A stretch of 64,000 nt of DNA from a bacterium (GTDB lineage Bacteria; JAAXHH01): NCBI GenBank assembly GCA_965202605.1, contig OZ241838.1:528883-592882 (forward strand), in the 5' to 3' direction. Under the pieces are notes generated by a model. It worked only from the letters and a program-made list of their open reading frames with translations, searched no databases and was not told the origin of the DNA. Shown here one piece after another: positions 29,043 to 37,287 of this stretch. The position numbers were made by a program, and so were the translations under genes. Position 1 is the first letter of the stretch; the number at the start of each line of letters is the position of its first letter.

Positions 29043-30164
29043 TCACTGCCACAACGGTTCCCCGGCCTCCATCTGCGATGCCAGAAACGCCTCGTTCAAT
29101 TCAACGCCCAAACCCGGTGCCTCCGTCAGCACCACGTGCCCGTCCTGGATGACCGATTCATCCGTGGCAAGCACGTCGTCCCAGGTCGGGTCGTCGAAGC
29201 GGTGGTATTCCAGCACGAGGAAATTCGGCACGCTCGCGCAGACGTGGGCGTCCCCGACCGTGCTCAGCGCGCTGGAGTTGTTGTGGGGGGCGAAGGGCAC
29301 GTAGTATATCTCGGCCATGTTGGCGATCTTGCGACATTCCGACAGGCCGCCGCATTTCGAGATGTCCGGCATGATGATGTCGGCCGCCTGCTGCTGCAGC
29401 AGATCCCGGAAGCCATGGCGGAGATAGAGGTTCTCCCCGACGCAGATCGGCGTGCCGGTCGCATGGGTGATCTTCGCCAGGGCGTCGATGTTCTCGGGCG
29501 GAACCGGTTCCTCGAGCCAGAGCAGGTTAAGGGGTTCGACCTCCTGGGCGATCTTCATCCCGGCGGTGGCGTCATACCGGCCGTGAAGGTCAATGGCCAG
29601 GTCCAGGGACGGACCGATCCCTTCGCGAATCGCGAAGGCCTGGTCCACGAGGGACTTCAATTCATCGGGCGTCACGGACCAGTTCCACGGATCCAGCTTG
29701 TGGGGGTTCTCCGCGTCGTCGAGGTCGAACTTGATCGCCGTGAAACCCCGTTCCTTCACCTCGGCGGCGCGTTCGTTGTAGTCGTAGTGCGCGCTGTCCA
29801 CGTACAGACGCACCCGGTCCCGGAACTTGCCTCCCAGGAGCCGGTAGACCGGTACGCCCTGTGCCTTGCCGGCCAGGTCCCAGAGGGCGATCTCAATGCC
29901 GGTAAGCGCCGATATGGCCGGGCCGCCCGCGCCTCCCATGAAGATGTACCTGCGACGAATCAGTTCAAAACAGGCGTCCACGTCTCTCGGATCCATGCCG
30001 ATGATCATCTTCGCCATGTGCCGGGTCGACTCCCGCCATCCGCGGTCGATGTGACTGGCCTCTCCAGTGCCGTACACCCCTTCGTCCGTATGTACGCGGA
30101 CGTAGTGGTAGGTATACCCGGATGGTACGGTCACTTCGGCGGTTTTAATATCGGTGATCTTCAT
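29043..30164 (-). CDS. enolase-superfamily enzyme (mandelate racemase/muconate lactonizing family, acid-sugar dehydratase-like)
   Basis: MKITDIKTAEV...VRVHTDEGVYGTGEAS capping domain. Metal-ligand contexts IDLHG, WLEEP and VGEN. RBS AGGAGC. Confidence 0.9.
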   Translation of the reverse strand: MKITDIKTAEVTVPSGYTYHYVRVHTDEGVYGTGEASHIDRGWRESTRHMAKMIIGMDPRDVDACFELIRRRYIFMGGAGGPAISALTGIEIALWDLAGKAQGVPVYRLLGGKFRDRVRLYVDSAHYDYNERAAEVKERGFTAIKFDLDDAENPHKLDPWNWSVTPDELKSLVDQAFAIREGIGPSLDLAIDLHGRYDATAGMKIAQEVEPLNLLWLEEPVPPENIDALAKITHATGTPICVGENLYLRHGFRDLLQQQAADIIMPDISKCGGLSECRKIANMAEIYYVPFAPHNNSSALSTVGDAHVCASVPNFLVLEYHRFDDPTWDDVLATDESVIQDGHVVLTEAPGLGVELNEAFLASQMEAGEPLWQ

Positions 30165-30271
30165 TCATGCTCCTGTTCTGATTAAGTAATATACAGCGGA
30201 ACCGGTCTGCTTTGAGACGCCCTTGTCGGGAGACCAGACCGTCGCGCACGACAACGCATACCCGTTCAGTC

Positions 30272-30311
30272 GGCAATCCGGACCGCTTTCAGGCAATCCG
30301 GACCGCTTTCA
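30272..30311. repeat. perfect 20-bp tandem duplication spanning the stop codon of the NHL gene
   Basis: GGCAATCCGGACCGCTTTCA occurs at 30272-30291 and again at 30292-30311. Confidence 0.95.
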
Positions 30312-32472
30312 ATCGATTATTGAAGTGATCGCTGACGAGCAGGACATCCTCACCGTAGAAACACAGGCCATGGGGCTGATTCAACGGCGCTTCCCGCGCC
30401 GCCGCGGGTCCGTCGTTATCGCCGTAGTTCCCGCTTCCGACAACCGTCTCAAGGCGTCCGTTCTCCGCGATGCGCCGCACCCGGTTGTTGCCCGTGTCGG
30501 AAAAGTACACCCGCCCCCGCGCGTCCAGGGCCAGGCCACGGGGAACGGAGATCGCGGCGCCTGACGCGTTGGCGCCGTCCGGGGAAAAGCCCGCCTGGCC
30601 TGTCCCCGCTACGGTTGAAATGATCCCGGTATCGCCATCCACCCGCCGGATCACATGGTATCGGTCGTCCGCGAAGTAGAGATGTCCTGAACCATCCACC
30701 CTTATGGCCGTCGGCGAACCGATCCGCGCCCGGATCGCCGGACCGCCGTCTCCAGAGCAACCCTGCAGGCCGATGCCCGCCACCGTGGTGATAATGCCGG
30801 TCCCGGCGTCGATTCTCCTGATGCGCCCGCAGCCGGCGTCGCCGATGTAGACGTCGTCGTCTGGTCCGTGGGTCACCGCAAGGACGTGCATCAGGCACGC
30901 GCCCAGGGCCGGCCCGCCGTCGCCCCTGTCCCACTGAAAGGCCGCGCCGGCCAGATTGTGGATTACACCATCCTGATCCACGCGCCGCACGTGGCCGTGC
31001 CGCGTGTCGGCAATGACGATTCTCCCCGCACGGTCCACCGAGACGTCGTGGGGATTCCCCAGGTGGGCGTCGACGGCCGGTCCGCCGTCGCCGCCGTAGG
31101 CCCGGGCACCAGTGCCGGCGATCGTCCGGATCACGCCGGTTCCCGGATCGATCGCCCGTACGCGCTGGTTCCACACGTCCGCGATATAGATCGTGCCGTC
31201 GGGGCCGACCGACAGGCCGCCGGGTCCGTTCAGGAATCCCGCGGCCGCGACCTCGCCGTCATGTACGCTCGTACCACCGAGCACGGTAGTGACAATCCCT
31301 GTACTGCCGTCGCATCGCCGCAGCCGTCCGGAGCAGTCGCCCCAGAACACCGTGCCGTCCGGCTCGGCATAGATCCCCGCTTCCACGGAATTGCACCGCG
31401 TGACGACACCCGGCAGGCCTTCTTCGCCGAAGCCCGGTTCGCCGGTGCCCGCAAGCGTGCGGACGATGCCCGTCTCCCGCTCCACCTTCCGGACCCGGAA
31501 GCCGTACTTCTCGCCGACGTAGAGATTGTCGCGGGCGTCCAGGCAGATGGCGTCCGGCATGAGCGTGCTTGCTTCCACGGCCGGCCCGCCGTCGCCGTTG
31601 GAGGCGCGCTGCCCGTTTCCCAGGACCGTGTCGATGATCCCGGTTTTCATATCGACCTTCCGGACGCGGTCGTTGGAATTGTCGCACACGTACAGGTCGC
31701 CAAGCGAATCGAAGGCGAGGTGCTCGGGGTGATTGAACCCCGCGTCGCGGGCCGGTCCGCCGTCGCCATGGTATCCACCCAGACTCAGGCCGGGGCCCGA
31801 GTACGGCCGGCTTTCTCCCCGTTCGGAGGGGTAATGTCGCGCGTGATGGCCGAAGACCGTCTCGACGATGCCGGTCTTCGCGTCAACGCGACGGATGTTG
31901 TTCGTCCACTCGCTGGAAAGGTACACGTTGCCGCCTTCGTCCACGGCCACGCCGCAGGTGCAGTCCAGTTCCGCGTCGAGCGCCGGCCCTCCGTCGCCGC
32001 CCCGGCCGACCCGGCCGTTGCCCGCGACGCGGGTGACGACGCCGGACTCGTAATCGATTCGACGGATAGTGAAATTGCCCAGGTCGGAAAGATACAGGTT
32101 TCCGTGCCGGTCCTGGTACAGGTCGTGGGGATGGCGAAACCGCGCTTCGGCGGCCGGTCCGCCGTCGCCCGAGTCTCCCGCGATCCCGTCGCCGGCGAAG
32201 GCATGCAGGATCCCCTCGCGGTCAATCCGCCATATGCGATGCCACTGGTAGTCGATTACGATCAGGTCGCCGTCGGGCCGGCGGACCACGCCCATGGGCC
32301 AACCCGCGTCCGCCTCCTTCGCCGGAATGCCGGCGCGCTGGCCCACGCCGGCCAGGACCAGGGTTTCTCCGGCGGGCAGGTACTTTAGTCTTTCTGCAAT
32401 ACGCATGCGAGAACGGAGTACTCCGGCGCTTGCTCTGCGTACCTGGACGGCGGACGACAGAGATCCGCTCAC
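30289..32472 (-). CDS. large NHL-repeat beta-propeller protein (about 11-12 blades)
   Basis: Periodic GDGGPA...A.f..P.gv..D..G..y.aD blades recur through the whole ORF. No obvious signal peptide. The start is uncertain; an in-frame ATG at 32406 is also possible. Confidence 0.8.
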   Translation of the reverse strand: MSGSLSSAVQVRRASAGVLRSRMRIAERLKYLPAGETLVLAGVGQRAGIPAKEADAGWPMGVVRRPDGDLIVIDYQWHRIWRIDREGILHAFAGDGIAGDSGDGGPAAEARFRHPHDLYQDRHGNLYLSDLGNFTIRRIDYESGVVTRVAGNGRVGRGGDGGPALDAELDCTCGVAVDEGGNVYLSSEWTNNIRRVDAKTGIVETVFGHHARHYPSERGESRPYSGPGLSLGGYHGDGGPARDAGFNHPEHLAFDSLGDLYVCDNSNDRVRKVDMKTGIIDTVLGNGQRASNGDGGPAVEASTLMPDAICLDARDNLYVGEKYGFRVRKVERETGIVRTLAGTGEPGFGEEGLPGVVTRCNSVEAGIYAEPDGTVFWGDCSGRLRRCDGSTGIVTTVLGGTSVHDGEVAAAGFLNGPGGLSVGPDGTIYIADVWNQRVRAIDPGTGVIRTIAGTGARAYGGDGGPAVDAHLGNPHDVSVDRAGRIVIADTRHGHVRRVDQDGVIHNLAGAAFQWDRGDGGPALGACLMHVLAVTHGPDDDVYIGDAGCGRIRRIDAGTGIITTVAGIGLQGCSGDGGPAIRARIGSPTAIRVDGSGHLYFADDRYHVIRRVDGDTGIISTVAGTGQAGFSPDGANASGAAISVPRGLALDARGRVYFSDTGNNRVRRIAENGRLETVVGSGNYGDNDGPAAAREAPLNQPHGLCFYGEDVLLVSDHFNNRLKAVRIA

Positions 32473-32694
32473 CAGGTGTTCTCATTCCGGGCAAAGGACG
32501 TGTAAACCGGCGGCGCCGGCAGGCAGCCGCCGAGTCATGATGGTACAGATTCCACCCATGCATGGCAACCGTTAAATGCAAATTGACACCGGCTCCGTGA
32601 CCGGTTAACATACCTCGCCGCACGACCGCACGGGCAACCCTTCCGGACATCCCTGGTCCGGGCGCTTTCGTAACGTTCCTGACGCCCCGATTTG

Positions 32695-33924
32695 ATGGAG
32701 AACATCCTGCTCATGAACTACGATTTCGACCAGATCATCAACCGCAACGGAACCAATTCGTACAAGTGGGACTATGTGAAACGGGACGGCGGCATCGTTC
32801 CGTGGGACGAGACCGACGCCAGCCGTCACGAAAGACCCGTGCTTCCGCTCTGGGTGGCGGACATGGACTTTCCGTGCCCGCAGCCCGTTGTCGACGCGGT
32901 GACCGAAATCGCCCGCATGGGCATTTACGGATACGCCTTCCCGCCGCCGTCCTACTACGACTCCGTGGTGAGATGGATGAAGCGCCGCCATGACTGGATC
33001 GTCGATCCCGGCACCATCTGCTTCACCCCGGGCATCGTACCCGCCCTGCACTTTCTGGTCTCCGCCTACACGAAGCCGGGCGACAAGGTGCTGGTGCAGC
33101 CGCCGGTGTACTACCCCTTCTTCAACGCCATCGAGAACCTGCAGACCCGGCCGGCGTTGAATCCGCTGCGCTACGAGGACGGCCGGTACTACATGGATTT
33201 CGACGACCTGGAAGCCAAATGCGCCGATCCCGAGGTGAAACTGGCCATCCTCTGCAGCCCGCACAACCCGGTCGGCCGGGTCTGGTCCGCGGAAGAACTG
33301 CGGCGGTTCGGCCGGGTCTGCATGGACAACGACGTGCTGGTCGTCTCCGACGAAATCCACTGCGACCTCATACTCGGAAGCCACACCTTTACGGCGTACG
33401 CCACGCTTGGACCGGAATACGAGGAACGGTCGATCATCTGCACCTCCCCCAGCAAGACCTTCAACCTCGCCGCCCTGCAGGCGTCGAACATGATGATCCC
33501 CGATCCCGACATGCGGGAAGCCTTTCGGCAGACCGTCCGCAGCGCCGGTATCTTCACCCTCAACCCCTTCGGCATCGCGGCCGTCGAAGCCGCCTATGAC
33601 CACGGAGAGGAATGGCTGGAGCAGTTGCTGGACTACCTGGAAGGCAACTTCCGCTTTCTCGCGTCCTTCTTCCGGGAGCGCCTGCCCCGGATAAAGGTCA
33701 TCGAAACCGAAGGTACCTATCTCGTCTGGGTAGACTTCACGAGCCTGGGCTTGGAAAAAGACGCCCTCCAGCGCCTTATGATGGAGGAGGCGCGCGTCTT
33801 TCTCGATGAGGGGTACATCTTCGGCCCCGAGGGCGAGGGTTTCGAGCGGATCAACATCGCCTGTCCCCGGTCGATCCTCGCCGAGGCGCTGGAGCGGATC
33901 GAGGCGGCGGTGAAGGGGTTGTAA
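32695..33924 (+). CDS. PatB/MalY-type PLP-dependent C-S lyase (class I/II aminotransferase fold)
   Basis: N-terminal YDFDQIINRNGTNSYKWD and the PLP-lysine context SPSKTFNLAAL. An ATG at 32713 is an alternative start. Confidence 0.85.
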   Translation: MENILLMNYDFDQIINRNGTNSYKWDYVKRDGGIVPWDETDASRHERPVLPLWVADMDFPCPQPVVDAVTEIARMGIYGYAFPPPSYYDSVVRWMKRRHDWIVDPGTICFTPGIVPALHFLVSAYTKPGDKVLVQPPVYYPFFNAIENLQTRPALNPLRYEDGRYYMDFDDLEAKCADPEVKLAILCSPHNPVGRVWSAEELRRFGRVCMDNDVLVVSDEIHCDLILGSHTFTAYATLGPEYEERSIICTSPSKTFNLAALQASNMMIPDPDMREAFRQTVRSAGIFTLNPFGIAAVEAAYDHGEEWLEQLLDYLEGNFRFLASFFRERLPRIKVIETEGTYLVWVDFTSLGLEKDALQRLMMEEARVFLDEGYIFGPEGEGFERINIACPRSILAEALERIEAAVKGL

Positions 33925-34177
33925 GACGTTGGATTTTGTTGTTTGAAACTTACTAATCTTGAATTTACAATACTGCATTCAGGTCTTAGAAGTGGATATT
34001 GTATCTCAAGTTTAGACGATTTCAAAGTGAATACATAGTGTATCTTACCATTAACGCGGACTTTAGTTTCGAGAATCCAATCTCCTTTTCGACTGAAGAA
34101 CATAAGACATAGAATAAACGCTACAGCGCAATCTCAGACTTTTTAAAGTGCTATCGGGTTTAAAAAGGGTTAGTCCG

Positions 34178-35356
34178 ATGCCATTCATCCAACGCATTCG
34201 CTTGGGCGGCCTGCTGTCGTTTCCTCCGGATATGGAGTTTTTCGAATTACGCCCCCTGAATGTCCTGATAGGTCCGAACGCATCAGGAAAATCCAACTTC
34301 ATAGAGGTGTTGGAACTCTTACACGCCCTTCCGGTGGATTTTTCCGCTGCGGTCCGGGACGGTGGCGGTGCAGAGGAATGGCTTTGGAAGGGCGATCATC
34401 CACCCGCCCCCGCGGCAATAGTAGTGGAAACCGGTCCGGGCATGGAAACCGGTCGTCCGTTGAGATATCGCCTGTCGTTTACCGCTGTGGGCCAGCGGGT
34501 CCAAATCCTCGACGAGGCCATCGAAGAGGCGCATACTCGGCAGGGATTCGAACCATACTTCTACTACACGTTTCAACAAGGACGCCCGGTGATCAATGTA
34601 CGGGCCCCAGGCGGACAAGTATCCGAGAGGCAGGTACAGTGGGATAATCCTTCGCTGGATCAGTCCGTTCTTGCCCAAAGAAAGGACGCTTATCATTATC
34701 CGGAACTTTACTGGCTTGGTTTGCGATTTCAGTCAATCCAGACGTTCCGGGAATGGACGTTTGGCCGTTATGGCTCGCTTCGATGGCCGCAACGCGCCGA
34801 TCTTCCGGAAAACTGGCTGCTTCCCGACTCCAGTAATCTCGCCATGGTTCTCAACTACATAGAGCATAACTCCGGCCTGGTCTTCAATGAACATCTGAAA
34901 CGGTTCTTCCCCCGATTCGAACGCATGTCCACGTCGATCTCGGGAGGCACCGTGCAGTTCTACCTGCACGAATCCGGCTTCGGCAGCCCAATCCCCGCAA
35001 CGCGGCTGTCCGATGGCACCATCAGATTCATCGCGCTGCTGGCAACTCTGCTTACCCCGACGCCTCCATCGCTGGTATGTATCGAGGAACCTGAACTCGG
35101 ACTGCATCCCGACGTGATGGCGTTGCTTGCCGACCTGCTGGTTGAAGCATCCGGCCGGATGCAACTCGTGGTCACTACGCATTCCGATGCCCTGGTGTCG
35201 GCGCTGACCAATCAACCAGAGGCCATCGTCGCCTGTGAACGCCCCGGGGCCGCCACCGAATTGCGTCGCCTCGACGCGACACGCCTGGCCGGTTGGCTTG
35301 ACAAGTATCAACTCGGCGATCTGTGGCGCATGGGCGAGATAGGGGCAAACCAGTGA
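34178..35356 (+). CDS. AAA_21/COG4637-like ABC-type ATPase (SMC/RecF-like head)
   Basis: Walker A GPNASGKSN (34271-34297), signature-like RLSDGTIRF, Walker B LVCIEEPELGLHP, H-loop VVTTHS. Lower GC than the flanks. ATG at 34178 after an AT-rich spacer. Confidence 0.8.
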   Translation: MPFIQRIRLGGLLSFPPDMEFFELRPLNVLIGPNASGKSNFIEVLELLHALPVDFSAAVRDGGGAEEWLWKGDHPPAPAAIVVETGPGMETGRPLRYRLSFTAVGQRVQILDEAIEEAHTRQGFEPYFYYTFQQGRPVINVRAPGGQVSERQVQWDNPSLDQSVLAQRKDAYHYPELYWLGLRFQSIQTFREWTFGRYGSLRWPQRADLPENWLLPDSSNLAMVLNYIEHNSGLVFNEHLKRFFPRFERMSTSISGGTVQFYLHESGFGSPIPATRLSDGTIRFIALLATLLTPTPPSLVCIEEPELGLHPDVMALLADLLVEASGRMQLVVTTHSDALVSALTNQPEAIVACERPGAATELRRLDATRLAGWLDKYQLGDLWRMGEIGANQ

Positions 35357-35532
35357 GGAGGATCAGCATCTACCTTGAAGGCGGAGGCGATACTGCCGGA
35401 TCCAGGGCGGCGCTCCGCACCAGACACGCGAGCGACCTCTTACGACGGATCGACGCCGGAAGTGTAAGGGGACGATGCCGTCACTGCCGGCTGCTGTTTG
35501 AGAGACTCGGGCAACTGGTCGACGCGGCTTGA
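35353..35532 (+). pseudogene. truncated DUF4276-like partner of the ATPase (59-codon stub)
   Basis: The start overlaps the ATPase stop (GTGA). The translation begins RRISIYLEGGGDTAGSRAALR, which I recall as the N-terminal signature of the small proteins that follow COG4637 ATPases. The ORF ends after 59 codons, 9 nt from the stop of the convergent Fic gene. No continuation is seen in the other frames. Confidence 0.45.
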
Positions 35533-35541
35533 GTTCCACCA

Positions 35542-37158
35542 TCACGCGTTTTTGTCCCGTATAGACCGGCGGTCCACCTCTACCATAAAACAACGACAGA
35601 TTGTTTCGACTGTATAGTCAATGTCAGGGTCTGCGTTATTCAGTTCGGAATAGGGTATGGATCGGCTTAAACCCGGAACCAACTCAGTATCGAGCATTAC
35701 TTCAAATCCTAACGTCCCAATGCCCAGTTTCCACGCGATAGACATTTTCAAATCAAATCCCTGATTCCGTACGCCATTGTATCCGTTGAAACTATATTGT
35801 ACTCCAAACTCGATTCGCTGTTTATTGCTTAATGTGAAGCCTGGCTTTAAGATGTACTCGTCCTTTATCGAACCCCACCCTTTTGCATCAAGCACACTAC
35901 CACCAGAAACTTTTCTGCGCTCGCTCGTCCTCACGTAGTGTTGGCCCGAGTAGCTGTTAAACAGTTCGGATCCGTACCGTTCGCAAAGTCCGTCCAGTTT
36001 TTCGATTATCGGACTGACGAACCGAAAGTACGCCAGATCCAACACCTCAACGTCCGACGGGTTGGGCGCCGGTCCCTTCTTGCTTCTGATGAAGAGTTCC
36101 ATCTCTTTGTCGATATCTTCGGACTCACGAATCGATTCGCCCTTCGCGGCCCGAATCCCCAGGTCCAGCGACCATATCACGTTATCCAACATGAACCGGG
36201 CAAGCGGCAGTATGTGACCTGTATCGGCGTTTTGAAGTCCGCTGATGTAGCGGTCTCTTTCTACGCTTTTGATGACGATTGGGGGGAGGTCATTCCGAAG
36301 CAGCACGTAGTTTGCGATCAGTCTTGCCGTTCTTCCGTTCCCGTCATCAAACGGGTGGATGCGAAGGAATCCATGGTGTGATTCCGCCAGAAACATGGGC
36401 AATGGATACGCCTCCCTTGCCAGGTCGCGTCGGAAATCGCGGATCCATTGCGCCATCAACAGGGGTGTTTCTTCCGGTTCGGCGAATCGATACAACTCCC
36501 CCGTTGCGGTTCGCACGTGATTCGGTTGCGTTTTGTATTGACCCGGGATAATGCGCTTTCTCGTCGGTTGGCCGGCTGGCGTGATCGCGGTTTGCCAGAA
36601 CGGTTCCTTGAGGAGGATCTTGTTCAGATCCCTGACGTCCCCCTCCGTCAGTACCTGATCGTCGCCAGCGAGACGCCGCGTGTGTTCGATCGCGACGTTG
36701 TGCGCCTTCATCTCTTCATAATCCCTTAACGGATGACCTCCGCTGGTGCGATCATGAAGGAGCAGCAACTCCGTCTCCTGATAAGTAAGCGTGTTGCCTT
36801 CGATGTGATTGCTGTGGTAGTTCCACTCCATTCTTAGTTTGGACCAGAGTCGTTCATCGTCTTCGTTCCGCGTCTCCCTGCGTCGATCATTCCATTCTGA
36901 AACCATCCTGTCCAGATCCGCCAGACGTTCAAACAACCGGACGTATTCAAGGGAAAGGTCCGGGACGTCGATAGCGTGCGAACGGGATTCAGCGATCCAG
37001 TCCGCGATACGATTTCTGACTTCGAACTCCGCAGAGAGGACAGGGAGTGCGTCGGACTCCACGGCATATCGTCCATATTTCGGATGCTCGACGATTACAC
37101 GGTCCCTATCTTCGACGATCTCGGCCAATTCTCCCGTGACAGGACAGTTACGTTTCAC
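35542..37158 (-). CDS. Fic family protein (putative AMPylase) with an N-terminal auto-inhibitory motif and an extra C-terminal domain
   Basis: Fic core motif HPFDDGNGRTARL (36301-36357). Inhibitory-helix motif S-N-H-I-E-G (36793-36813). About 95 aa before and about 190 aa after the Fic fold have no recognisable motif. GTG start with AGGGAG upstream. GC is lower than background. Confidence 0.85.
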   Translation of the reverse strand: MKRNCPVTGELAEIVEDRDRVIVEHPKYGRYAVESDALPVLSAEFEVRNRIADWIAESRSHAIDVPDLSLEYVRLFERLADLDRMVSEWNDRRRETRNEDDERLWSKLRMEWNYHSNHIEGNTLTYQETELLLLHDRTSGGHPLRDYEEMKAHNVAIEHTRRLAGDDQVLTEGDVRDLNKILLKEPFWQTAITPAGQPTRKRIIPGQYKTQPNHVRTATGELYRFAEPEETPLLMAQWIRDFRRDLAREAYPLPMFLAESHHGFLRIHPFDDGNGRTARLIANYVLLRNDLPPIVIKSVERDRYISGLQNADTGHILPLARFMLDNVIWSLDLGIRAAKGESIRESEDIDKEMELFIRSKKGPAPNPSDVEVLDLAYFRFVSPIIEKLDGLCERYGSELFNSYSGQHYVRTSERRKVSGGSVLDAKGWGSIKDEYILKPGFTLSNKQRIEFGVQYSFNGYNGVRNQGFDLKMSIAWKLGIGTLGFEVMLDTELVPGLSRSIPYSELNNADPDIDYTVETICRCFMVEVDRRSIRDKNA

Positions 37159-37287
37159 CAGATCGACTCCCTGCGGCGAAGAACCAACATAAACCCCACG
37201 CTCATGATTCCGATCTCTTTTAGATAACCCACCGGCTTTCAGATAAGCAAGCTCGTTTTCCAGTCTGTCGGACGCTCCGTAATACGC

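Noticed and set aside
33717-34103. 128-aa minus-strand ORF starting in the AT-rich spacer.
   Set aside because: Two thirds of it is antisense to the patB-like gene. It has no RBS or motif and is probably spurious.
35323-35352. ATG at 35323 as the start of the DUF4276-like stub (the ORF-track version).
   Set aside because: It would overlap the ATPase gene by 34 nt. The GTG at 35353, overlapping the stop (GTGA), fits typical coupling better. Neither choice changes the conclusion that the ORF is truncated.
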